Below are positions 51,837 to 64,000 of a DNA stretch of 64,000 nucleotides, one piece after another. Each line of letters starts with the position of its first letter. Position 1 is the first letter of the stretch. The notes under the pieces were generated by a model. The model was not told where the DNA came from. It saw only the letters and a list, made by a program, of their open reading frames with translations, and ran no database searches. Location of the stretch: assembly GCA_051294375.1 (NCBI GenBank), contig CM119265.1, forward strand, positions 8,440,772 through 8,504,771. Reading direction: 5' to 3'. This DNA is from Paraspadella gotoi (Eukaryota > Animalia > Chaetognatha). Position numbers and translations under genes: made by a program.

Positions 51837-52801
51837 TGTGTCTCTTTGGCGCCGTCTTTGTTTTGAAGGGGGGGTGGTGAAAGGGATGGGGGGCGGGTGG
51901 CAGGGGGACGAGGAGACGATGAAAGTCTTATAACAAAGGGAACCTGAAAAGAAGCTTTTTGTAAGGTGTGATGCCGGTGGCGGGGGGGCGGGAGTAGAGG
52001 GTTGATTCTTTTTCGCGGAATGGGATTCGGAGAGACCAACGAATTAAAATAGACAATAATAGTTTCAATGTCCAGAACCGAGAAGGAGTTTAGTCGTATA
52101 TGGATCAGTTAAATTTCTGAATATTCAGATCTGAAGTAAAAAGGCAAAGCGGGACGCAATCAAAGACGTATTTCTTTAGGGGTCAGCGTTCTCAGGGGGA
52201 TTCTAACGAAACAAGCGTCAAACGAAAAACAATTAGAAATCACGGCACGCTCCAGCCGCGGCGGCGGCACCAGGCGGCGCAGACGCGGCGTTGGCGGCTC
52301 CGGCGGCCGCGGCGGCTCGGTCCCTTGAGATTTATTTCACCCCAGAGACACTTCCCTCTTATTTCCAACTTATTTCCAACGATTTCCGTCTCTGCTCAGC
52401 GACGATCCTTATTTTTTGGGGTTTTAATTATTTAGATTTTTTTTCGATTATTTACTTATTATTTTTTTTTTTCTAGTTTTTTTTTTTGTTGCGAAGAATT
52501 AATTGAGAATTTTGCGCGCGATTCAAAATGATTTCAAGTTACTCCCCGTTTTTAAAGGAAGCAAAAAAAAGATAAACATTAGTCGTCCACAATTACGTTT
52601 CTCTTGGTATCTTGTTTTGCCTTTTGTTTCTGCGGATTATTGCACAAAACAGATCATCAGCTCTCCTCGCGCCTTCACAATGGGAGTGCCGTTTGAATTA
52701 TTCCACCCTGTAAATAAAAAAAAAGGAAAGACATAATACCGGGAGATAAAATTTATTTTATGCGTGCCTTGTGCTCTAGCATCGTTTGCAGACCATCTCG
52801 C

Positions 52802-52866
<65 letters not shown>

Positions 52867-53853
52867 TCACTTTCTCTCTATTTTTCTATCTCCCTCCCTG
52901 ATTCAATTCTCGCAAATGGGTTTCTCTTGCGTCAACAAATATTTTTTTTTACTAAAAAAAAAAAACGGAAAATTTCTTTCCCTCTATCACTGAGAAGAAA
53001 ACGGACGTTATTGGGTTATCATCTCACGGAACCTTTTCGCTGTAAAAGCTAAGAGCTTTCTCTCTCTCCCATTAGATGCCGGCGGCGGAACCAAAAAGAC
53101 ATTGTAAAAAGATTGAAGCGAAAAAAGACGGCGGTTCTTAATGACGGAGACAAAGCTGACAATGACGAATGACAATGGCGAAAGATAGTTTTTAAAACAA
53201 TGACAATTACAAAAAAAAAACGATGCTAAGCTGATGAAGCTTCGCCGAAGAAGGGAGAGAACATAAAACGCGAGACAACGGGAAAAAAATGTGACAGAAA
53301 ACATTATGACAACAGATGAAGATAATGGGAACTTTCGCTTCATACTTGATAGAGTTTATAAATTTAACTCCGTTGTTAATTGGCACCTAATGTCATTTTT
53401 CCCCCGTTGGCATTTTAATCACCTAAAGTGTCGAGGACGACGACGACGACGACGACGACGACAACGACAATGTAACTTCTTTTCAGGCCGTAAATTAGAG
53501 GCAAGGGCGATACAACTCATTGGTTATGCAAAGAGCCCGGGCGTTTAGAGCGGAAAGGCATTACCTCACCTCGCAACCCGGCCAAAAATAAACAAACACC
53601 GTTGGCGAAGGGAGAGAGAAAAAGAGGCTCTCCGGGCTAAAAGTTTAACTTTTCAGTGGGGAGAGAGAGAGAGACGGAAGCGCCGCGAATCACGGCGCTC
53701 GTCCCTACAGAAATCGATGAAGTTTTAGTATAAAAAACTTGAAGATTCAAAACGGGAAGCGAAAATGGAGAAAAGTCGGAATAAAAGAAAAAGAAATTTA
53801 AAAAAAAATTGTGAAGTAGAAAAGAATAAGAGAGGAACCAGAGCAAAGAGTTA

Positions 53854-54470
53854 CTATCTAGGAAAAAAGTTAGAAACATTTTTAATTGAGGATATCTACT
53901 CGAAAACTTGCTCGATTTTTAAAAAATCAGGATGTTTCAGATTCTACACTAAATTTCCTTTCAGTTGCTTCCTTCCATTTTTTCGTAGATCCAACCGTAT
54001 AGAAGTTAGAGGCAAAATAATATTGCTACCTCAAGTAAAAAATGGCGGAAAAAATCGCCTTTAGTTTTCCACAATTCTTGGTATTGAGTTATTTGTTTCT
54101 ATTTCAAATTGAGTTAGTTATTTTTTTCATTTTTTTAAATTTGGTTATGCTGAATAGACAGCCCCTCTCTTTGGTTCATAAAGGTGCAATTGTAGCTCTG
54201 AGAAAAGAGGGAAAGACGCAACAATTCATCAGCAATAGACTTGGAACATCAACATCGGGGCTGAAAAGAATTGCGCTAAAGGTGTGGAAAAACATTTCAC
54301 CTTGGTACCTCAATTCGCTTTACGAGAGCATGCCCAGACGAATGCAGGCAGTGGTCGATGCCGAGGGAGGGCATACCAAATATTGAGAATGTTTTACCCA
54401 TGTTTTGTATATTTTTTATTGAATAAATGAACTTTAAAAAAAAAATGTTTCTAACTTTTTTCCTAGATAG
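53854..54470 (+). mobile_element. Internally deleted (non-autonomous) Tc1-family DNA transposon, 617 bp
   Basis: Perfect 30-bp TIRs CTATCTAGGAAAAAAGTTAGAAACATTTTT (53854-53883 / 54441-54470), TA on both flanks; internal ORF ends with the Tc1 C-terminal signature SMPRRMQAVVDAEGGHTKY. Confidence 0.92.
54147..54386 (+). pseudogene. Truncated Tc1 transposase ORF (N-terminal HTH fused in frame to C-terminus; DDE core missing), 79 aa
   Basis: MLNRQPLSLVHKGAIVALRKEGKTQQFISNRLGTST/SGLKRIALKVWKNISPWYLNSLYESMPRRMQAVVDAEGGHTKY*. Confidence 0.8.
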
Positions 54471-54856
54471 TACGAGAGAACGAAAACTAAATTAAATTTT
54501 TATAAAAAAAAAAATTTGAATGGTCGATCCTTTTTTGAAAAGGAGCAAAAAATTATTTCTTTTCATTTTCCACGAGATAGATCGAGAAGGCGTTTCTGAA
54601 GTTCGATAAAATGTTCTGTATTATGATGTTGACCGCAAGAGCCTTTTCACGATTCGCGTTTCCTTCCCAAAATCGTCATGTTAAACATTAACGACGAACT
54701 TTAAATTAACAAAAAAATTGTCTCGGTTCTCAAAACTCATGAAATCAATTTTTCAAAACCGAAACCCGTTTTCGTCTTTTACGCCTTCAGCGTCGCTCCG
54801 GACAGAAATTTTCGTCGAAGGGAAAAAGCTGTTCAAACAAGTTCCACTAAAGATTT

Positions 54857-54896
<40 letters not shown>

Positions 54897-56663
54897 TTTT
54901 GACGACGTAAATTATGTAGGTTATGTAAATCGTAACGATTACGTCGATTTAGTCAATAATTATTTTTACGGCGAAAATTAATCCTCTTTCGGGAAAAAAT
55001 TTGAATACGTACTTAGAAATTCCGGTTTCGACAGAATGATTTCGTTATTTCTGTTAACTTTCGTTGTCGTCGTCGTCGTCGTCGTCGTCGCGGTTTTAGA
55101 CTTTCGAGCGGTCGGTATCGGCGTTGGCGGCGTTGGCGGCGTTGGCGGCGGCGGCGTTTGCTGCAGTTTTGGCAGCCGCGTTAACAGCGGCGTAGGCAAC
55201 GATCCAATTCACGTGTTTTGCTTCTGTTGACGNNNNNNNNNNNNNNNNNNNNNNNNNNNNNNNNNNNNNNNNNNNNNNNNNNNNNNNNNNNNNNNNNNNN
55301 NNNNNNNNNNNNNNNNNNNNNNNNNNNNNNNNNNNNNNNNNNNNNNNNNNNNNNNNNNNNNNNNNNNNNNNNNNNNNNNNNNNNNNNNNNNNNNNNNNNN
55401 NNNNNNNNNNNNNNNNNNNNNNNNNNNNNNNNNNNNNCCCAACCCTCATTCTTCCCCCGCGACAATACTTTTCCCCGAGTCGATCATCGTCGCCGAAATT
55501 TCGCTCTCGTTGTTGAGTTTGTTGCTTCTCGGATGTTTAGCTGCAGCAAAAACTGCTGCTCATCGCCGCAAAAAGTATTGCTCTTTGCCGAAAGCTGCGC
55601 CGACGATGCGGCTTAGTCGTTTCCGATATTTTGTCCGCCTCTGGTGTATCTATGGCCTCTGGAAATCTTCTTGTTTACAGTTCGGGTCTCTGATTTCTTC
55701 TGCTTTTTTTTTTNNNNNNNNNNNNNNNNNNNNNNNNNNNNNNNNNNNNNNNNNNNNNNNNNNNNNNNNNNNNNNNNNNNNNNNNNNNNNNNNNNNNNNN
55801 NNNNNNNNNNNNNNNNNNNNNNNNNNNNNNNNNNNNNNNNNNNNNNNNNNNNNNNNNNNNNNNNNNAAAGTCTAGAGAACAAAGAGAAGAAGGACGAGAG
55901 AAAATGTGAAGATAAGATGAGGAAAATGGAAGCAATTGATGATGGAAAAGGAGAGATAAGATGTGAAAAATGGAAGCTGTTGACGATGGAAAAGGAGAGA
56001 TAAGATTATGTGAAAATTGGAGTGGAAATGATAAGAAAGACCAAAGTTGAAATGGAACTCGAGTACAACGGGCTTGAGAAGAAACGGGACGCCAAGAAAG
56101 AAACGACAATGACATTTGCTGAACCAACTGTTACATAGTCTTATGTAAATGAAGAAAACGACGTTGCTAACAAAGAATGTTAACTAAGTTAATGGACGCA
56201 GCAAGAGGGAGGAGGTTAACGAAAAAAATGAGAGAGAAAAATGGGAACGAGACAAAAAAAAAAAAATTGTTCGCACGAAAGGAGCAAAAAAAACAAAACG
56301 GGACGACAGAGAGAAAATGCAACTAGGAAGTAACAGAGAAAACTCAGCACAAAACTAAGAGATGAAAATTTTAATTTTACGTTCGCAGATTTATTGATTG
56401 ATTTATATGAACAGATTTATTTTATATTCATGCAGATATTTCTAGGCAGAGGTTCTTCGTTGCAACAGCCCTTGGCTGAGCGCAATCGTCAACTCGGAAA
56501 GAAAGGAAACAACCAATAAAAAAGAAAAAAAANNNNNNNNNNNNNNNNNNNNNNNNNNNNNNNNNNNNNNNNNNNNNNNNNNNNNNNNNNNNNNNNNNNN
56601 NNNNNNNNNNNNNNNNNNNNNNNNNNNNNNNNNNNNNNNNNNNNNNNNNNNNNNNNNNNNNNN

Positions 56664-56832
56664 TCGCGTTTCGATGACGATGTTGTTATTGTTGTTGTTG
56701 TTGTTAGTATTGTTATTGTTGTTGTTGTTTTTTATTTCTCATCGGTCGAGAGTTTTGATCGTCTTTGGTTTCGAATTTATGAAAGGAAAAACCACGTTAC
56801 TTTCATACGGCAGCTGTTTCTCACGCCGTTTC

Positions 56833-56880
<48 letters not shown>

Positions 56881-57730
56881 ATCTTGGGACCCCAGAGGAT
56901 TCAGATTTGTCTTGAAAAGTCGTAACATGATTTTGAATTCAGTTTCGTTACATGCGATCGGGATATCGTGACCTGACGCTTCGGCGTTCGCTACAAGGGG
57001 GCGAGTCTGGGACAAACTTGTTTCGACTTTTTTTAGAAGACGAATTCCACGTCGTTGTTTCGTAGGTCGGTTTGCCATTTCAATTTGGTTCAAGGTTTTT
57101 CTTAAAAATGGTTAGCACTTGGCAGAATCAAAAGCAGCAAAGAGATATTTCGTTTCAGCAATGACAGATGTTTCGTAAAAAACGGATTTTCGCAATAGGC
57201 AAAATTTAATCAATTTTAGAAAGAAAAAAAAAACAAAAAAAACAAAAAAAAAAACAACAAAACGATCGATCCAAAGTTACGGAGCAATGATCTCTCTATT
57301 TCTTTCTCCCCGTTTCCTCTCTTTCTCTTCTCTTTTTTTTACCTATCTTTTGTGTCGAAAACCGGTTTTTCCGTTCGCTACTTTGACGTCCAGCCGAACC
57401 ATCGAAGAGAAAATACACAGACATCGTGGAAGAAAAAAAATCGTCAGAAAAAAAAAAACAACGGAATTTGGGGGGAAAAAATGCGAGGAACCAAAGGAAG
57501 GCGGTTGAGCCGAGGGAACGGTCGGAAGATTGTACTTCGTANNNNNNNNNNNNNNNNNNNNNNNNNTCGCGTTTCGATGACGATGTTGTTATTGTTGTTG
57601 TTGTTGTTAGTATTGTTATTGTTGTTGTTGTTTTATTTCTCATCCGCTCGAGAGTTTGATAGTCTTAGTTTCGAATTTATGAAGGAAAAACCACGTTACT
57701 TTTCATACGGCAGCTGGTTTCTTCACGCCG

Positions 57731-57776
<46 letters not shown>

Positions 57777-58481
57777 GTCTCTCTCCTCTCTCTCTCTATC
57801 TCTCTCTCTCTTGATCTTGGGACCCCAGTGGATTCAGATTGTCTTATGAAAAGGTCGTAACATGATTTTTGAATTCAGTTCGTTACATGCGATCGGGATA
57901 TCGTGACTGACGCTTCGGCGTTCGCTACAAGGGGGCGAGTCTGGGACAAACTTGTTCGACTTTTTTTAGAAGACGAATTCCACGTCGTTGTTTCGTAGGT
58001 CGGTTTGCCATTTCAATTTTGTTCAAGGTTTTTCTTAAAAATGGTTAGCACTGGCAGAATCAAAGCAGCAAAGAGATATTTCGTTTCAGCAATGACAGAT
58101 GTTCGTAAAAAAAGGATTTCGCAATAGCAAAATTTAATCAATTTTAAAAAAGAAAAAAAACAAAAAAACAAAAAAAAAACAACAAACGATCGATCCACAA
58201 GATACGGAGCCAATGATCTCTCTATTTCTTTCTCCCCGTTTCCTCTCTTTCTCTTCTCTTTTTTTTTTTTTACCTATCTTATGTGTCGAAAAACCGGTTT
58301 TTTCCGTCGCTCTTTTTGACGTACCAGACCGAACCATCGAAAGAAAAATACACAGAACATCGTGAAGAAAAAAATATCAATCGATCCAGAAAAAAACAAC
58401 GGAATTTTGGGGGGAAAAAAATGCGAGGAACAAAGAAGGCGGTTGAGCCGAGGGAGAGCGGTCGGAAGATTGTACTTCGTA
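56664..58481. repeat. ~900-bp tandem duplication around a 25-N gap (56664-57541 / 57567-58481)
   Basis: Both copies start with TCGCGTTTCGATGACGATG immediately after an N gap and end at GATTGTACTTCGTA. Confidence 0.9.
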
Positions 58482-58588
58482 CAGGAAACAACGAAGGCTC
58501 CGGCACAAACATTGTTGCGAGAGCTTGTAATAAATATGAAGATAGAGAGAGATGAGAGAGAGATGAGATGAGAGAGAGGAGAGAGAGA

Positions 58589-58629
<41 letters not shown>

Positions 58630-58976
58630 GTCGGGTGCGAGAGCGAGAGCGAGACGATCGAAGGGGTTGAACTGGAATTTTGTGCCGCAGACGAGAGATC
58701 GAAAAGTTTTTGTTCTTGCTTCGCTGGGTTGTTGTTGTTGTTGTTTTGATTGTGATTGATATGTTGATTGAAAGGCCCATCGCTTTGTTTCCATTTTTCG
58801 ACGAATGAAAGATGAAGTGAGCGAAAGAAAAGGTTTTGAGTCGAAACAAAATCGGCGATTGAACCTTTAATCGACCGATTGGCCTCGATATTGATCTTGA
58901 ACCAGAGTTTATTTGGACAAAAGAGATCGGAATTGGCCAAGATCAATATGATGTCAAATCAAAGAACACCTGATGA

Positions 58977-59050
<74 letters not shown>

Positions 59051-59993
59051 TATTGCTTTTTTCCATCAGTAGTTATGTACAAAGCATCACTTACACGTAA
59101 TGATGACTTAAGATTCTGATAATTTGAAGTAATCAGAAGTCGAAAAAAAGGAACACTCCTCCAGCTTTTTTTCTCTATCTCTATCTCCCTCTCGTCACTC
59201 CCTCTCCTTGTGAAAAACAACCGGACGCAAAACAACTCCTAAAAAACGGGACCAAAACAAGCGGTCCAAACGGAAAAACCCGGCGAACGTCGTCGTGAAT
59301 TATAAATAATTTTTCTCTCCATTTACTGGCTTTCCAGTCTTAAAAAAAGGAGAGAGAAGTTTTCCTCTTGTTTTTCTTTCCTCCAATGTTTTCTTTCTGT
59401 ACTACATTCTCTCTCTTTCTCTCTTTCTAACTTTCTCACTCTCTCACTTTCACTCTTTCTCTTTCTCCCGTTTTCAATTTGTTCTAATTTCTCCCTCGAC
59501 GAAAAAGTTTCTCTCCGGGTTTTGAAAACGACGGAGCGTAGAATTACAACAGCTGCGCCACCCAGGGAAGAGTGTCTTTTGTTTGGTCGCCCTCTATAGG
59601 AAATTCCCAGAAGAATTCGCGAAACCAAAACAAAAGAGACCGCAGTTTGGGAAAAAAGTGCTTTTTTTCAAGTTGATAGAGTTTTTGATTATTATTTCTT
59701 GTCAAATATTATGCTATTTCGAATAGTATTCAAAACAGGAATTTACGTCTCCTCGTTGTCCTTTTTATCGGCTATCTCTTTATATTCACGTGTCTAAATC
59801 GATATTTCTAGAATGTAGTAGTTAGTAGTAACTCAAAAGTAAAAAAAAATGAAAAAAAAAAATGTTTTTAAACTTTTTCGCTCAATTATCGTTTTTTTTT
59901 TTTTTTAAAACAAGTTGTTAAAAAAAAAAGGAATTTTTCTCACCAAACAACCTTGCAGAAGGCGGAAGCCCAATAACCGGAAAGATAAATTCT

Positions 59994-60058
<65 letters not shown>

Positions 60059-60242
60059 ATCTCTTTCATCTCTTCTCCCTTCTCTACTCTCTCTTCGATA
60101 CCTCTTTTTTTATTTCAGTGATTGCTATTGTTTCGTTCCTTTTGAATCACGTTTCCATGGTGTTGTGTGAATCGATCAGCGCACGCGCGTTGATATTTTA
60201 ATCATTCCCGAAAGAATCAACCACCACACTCTGTGTCGGCTT

Positions 60243-60345
<103 letters not shown>

Positions 60346-61004
60346 ACAAAGTCAGCCATTCTCTCTCTATTCAGCTTTGTTACTGGCTATCCCACCCTTA
60401 TTATTCTTTGCATAATAAACTATTACACAATTATTCTGTTTAATGTTCAAAACTGTTTTTAACGCGTGATGAAGACTCGTAATTGAGTCGAAACATGCCT
60501 GTATACTAATAATAAAATTCGTTTCAAACAATTTTCTAAATCTCCAAAAACAACGAAAAAGATAGAATTTTACCATGAATATTAACAAATAAAGTTTAAA
60601 CATATTGAGTTCTGCCAAATATTAACTAGCTGTGAACAAACTTCACTAGACCGTCGGCCATTTAACCTTTGCAAAGCAAGTAAATTCGATTCATTGAAAT
60701 CTCCTTATAGGAAAATCGATTTCCTCAACATCAAAAAGGGTTTTCAGTCAATCTGATCTGCACCTCCATCAGTTTCTGCACATCCATCTGCAATGACGAA
60801 TCACAAATGGCGCCGCGATAAACCCGTGACACCGGAGCGATAAAATCGCGAAGGGAAATCGAAGGCGATAAAATTTTCACCGAAAAGGCTGCCGATGATA
60901 AAATTCACGAGTTGGCAACTTCATTATTATGGTAGAGGTTTATAAATTAAGGAAATGACATCTTCATTGTTAGTTTAATCTAAAGAGAGAGAGCGAAGAA
61001 GAGT

Positions 61005-61060
<56 letters not shown>

Positions 61061-63199
61061 AGAGAGAGAGAGAGAGAGAGAAGAGAGAGAGAAGAGAAGG
61101 GAAGCACCGGGCGTGACAAAGCGTGAGCGTTAAATCGCTGACGATAAAATTGTCATTTCGCCGCCCGGCTTGCGCGGCGTCGCCCGGCGTCGTTCTCTGG
61201 CGTCACAGGTGTGTGAAGCGGCGTCGATTTTAAAATGCGGCTCCGCTCGATCGCTGGGTAATGGAAGCGGCCTGACCCGGCTGGTGTTGAGCCTTTATGT
61301 CCTAATAATATCGGCGGAGTAAAAGGAGCTTCCCATTCTGGCGCACAGAAATTGAGCCGTCATAAAGAATACAGAGTTCTCCAGCATACGATGCTGGGTA
61401 TTCTTCGCCATCAACAAAAGCCGGTTCGTTCCGTCACGGTCGATTTAACGCCACCAAAAGCCCGCGAAAAAAAAAACAAAACAAAACATAAAAGGTGAAA
61501 ACAAACAAAAGAAAAAAAACGTGAGAAAAAAAAAAGAACAAAAGGATAACAAAGAAAAGAAAAGAAAATGGGGTGAGCGACATGAACCATAAAAGAGAAA
61601 GGGATTCTCTCTCTCTCGCTCTTTCATCGACAAAAAATCTTTATCTTTCTCCCCTCGCGTTTCCCTTCCATCATGAGATCCGTCATTCTCTATCATTAGG
61701 CGCCATGAAACTTTATAATTAATCTCTATTCCTTTTTTCCTATTATTACAAATCGATTTTCAAGCAACTTTTTAATTGTTCATTGGGTTGTTGAACCTTA
61801 AAATATTTAAAATAAACAAATGACAAATTAAAATTATTTTAAGAACGGATTCCTATATAGCTTGAAAAGTAAATGAAAGTTATACTACAATAAAATTTGA
61901 CAAGAATGTAAAACAGAAAAAACGTTAAAAATCATCATCACTTGTGAATTTTATAGTTTTTTTAAAATTTTTATCATAAAACAAAAAAATTTTTAAAACT
62001 TGTATAATAACCTTATCTAACTTTTAAGTCTATCAGATCCATTAAAAAAATTGAAAAAATAAAAACAATTTTAACTATATATAGTAATAAAAAATCTTTA
62101 AATGCTTCCGTGGCTTATAATAAAATAATTTTTTAAATTATTGTTATTTTCATATTCCTAACAGTCACTTTATCATTATTTATTGAGAGAACTTCTAGTT
62201 TCGACTGTTCCGGCCTACTATCCATCCTTCATCGCAAACTCGCTCTCGTTAGTCTACAGACTCTTACAGTCTACTCTGTTCCTTGCAGCCTTCTCTCATT
62301 TCCCTATTCACCTTTTCCTTCATTCCCTTTCTCGTCATAGCAAGACCCTGCAAGCATTCAATCAATACACTCCCTGTTTATAAACTCCCGAATGCTTTGT
62401 CCCTATAAATAAGGTGTATATATATTATCATTAAATGTTTGATAAAAGTCTACTTTCTTTTTTTCTTTTCTTTTTTCTTCCTAATTCCCCTCATCTTTTT
62501 TTCCATAACCTCTACTCCAATTTGGATGTACCCTTTTCCAGATACGTAACTTCAATCTGTACTTCCTTTCCCCTCTCACCCTTCGACTTACAAAAACCAC
62601 CCATTGTTTTCCATAATGCCACTTTCCCCTACACACTGTCCACAGTGTCCACAGTCCTTCCCACCCACTGGTCATAACTTAAGCCTTTCCTCTCGCGAAC
62701 CAAAGAAATCCGGGATTTAGTCATGAATAAGTCCTTCCGTCCGTTTGTTTGTCCGTCTCTTTCTTCGTTTCTTTTTATAGGTTACTACTTCCGTGTCGTT
62801 CCTTTGTTATGCTGTTCCTTTTGCTCTATTGTTTAGTTGTTCTTTACTAAATGAAAGGGAGAGAAGAAAAATATTACATGTACTTTAGACTATAAACACC
62901 CTTCATTTTTTCAGCGTCTGAAATACATTATTAACTGTCTTAAAGAACGTCATTAAATTTAGGTAAAAAAATAATAAGTAGTACGATGTACATAGTTTTG
63001 TCCTTTTAGTAAATAGTGGATAACACATTACTAAGAGATTTATTAAATACAAACGATTATATTATCTTATCAATAGAATAACATAAGAAGAAATATATAA
63101 CGCTCAAAGATTAATAACTAATATAAAACAAGCATAATATATATCGGCACAGGCTCTTTCTCTCCGACTCCCTGTCCCGTCCATTCTATCACTGCGAAC

Positions 63200-64000
63200 T
63201 ACCGCGCGCCCCGTCTCCGTAGCGCCAGAAGAAGGTTCGCACACCCTTCGGCGGTTCCTAGGACGGCGCACTCCTTCTCGCGAAAACCCGCCGGGGATGC
63301 GCGTGATGTTGCTGGAGCGGCGCCACTCGGGTCTGCAGACCCCCTTCTTGAGGCGCAGCCGCTAGCAACCGAAGAAAACTGCGTTCGCTCGGCTCGATGT
63401 TATTTCTCAAGCGCTTTACATCGCGCGATTGCGACGTGCCACTTGCGCGTAGGGACCAACGCTCCTGCTCGCGGTAACGTAACGCGCGGCGAGACGTCTA
63501 ATGGTGGCGCTCGGAGCAGAGCGAGTAACCTCGGCGACGCGACGAGCGCGCTTCGTTTCGCGCTTTGGGAAATCTCTGAGGGGAAATGCGATGCGAAAAA
63601 TTTTCGTAGGTAATCGGTCGGGGTTGAAGAATGGCGCGAAAGAATGTCAGAAGAATACTTGAGGAGAAGCAGCGGACCGAATGCGATAAGTACGTTTGGA
63701 GAAGTCGAGGGGCGCGGATTGAAGATTTTTCCAATTCCCGGGGATTATGAACGCTTCAGTTCTTCACAACGCTCAGGGTGGTAGTGGCGGCCGTCGACGG
63801 AACACCGCGGTTGCTAGAACGCAACTGTACTCCCCGGTACGACGCCACTATTGACGCTACTTGGGAGATCGAGGGAGGTGCCGTGCGCAATTGGGAGTAG
63901 TCTGTCGTTGCGAGGGGAAGCTGATTACGAAGATCGTGGCGCCGCTGGAATGGAGGGCGCATCCGTTAGTGAAGAGTCGATTCTTCAACTTTGAGCGGGG
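63200..64000 (-). pseudogene. GC-rich coding-like segment with many frameshifts, possibly a carbohydrate sulfotransferase (Sulfotransfer_2/CHST-like) exon; runs off the window
   Basis: Sharp GC rise. With indel correction the minus strand suggests PKVAS..W (~63870-63840), F..RH.F...Y..KF (~63650-63600) and W.PL...HP (~63335-63290), in CHST motif order. Needs frameshift-aware alignment. Confidence 0.35.

Noticed and set aside
52625-52660. Minus-strand CTGATGA...GAAA resembling a hammerhead core
   Set aside because: Stem II does not pair next to GAAA and no stems I/III were found
55096-55232. Ala/Asn-rich minus-strand ORF (AVNAAAKTAANAAAANAANAAN)
   Set aside because: Short, truncated by a gap, derived from a GGCGTTGGC repeat; no homology recognised

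Overview
Eukaryotic (invertebrate metazoan-type) genomic scaffold, AT-rich and saturated with (GA)n, (GAC/GTC)n, (TTTC)n and other microsatellites, with several N gaps and stretches that look like uncorrected long-read gap fill. Almost all ORFs in the supplied track are microsatellite artefacts. One conserved gene is clear: a 9-exon PPM1H/PPM1J/PPM1M-family PP2C phosphatase on the minus strand (51836->43264). It has two indel-ridden exons and an unusual ~320-aa acidic C-terminal extension. Other elements: a decayed LINE reverse-transcriptase fragment (~14.7-16.7 kb, minus), a 617-bp internally deleted Tc1 element with perfect 30-bp TIRs and TA TSDs, a tRNA-derived SINE-like sequence, Helentron/DINE-like hairpin elements, a 62-63-bp minisatellite, an orphan Q/P-rich first exon, a possible frameshifted sulfotransferase exon at the right edge, several transcription-factor motif clusters, and tandem duplications that are probably assembly artefacts. 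I found no CRISPR array, no rRNA and no convincing wholly new system; the best leads are given as testable hypotheses.
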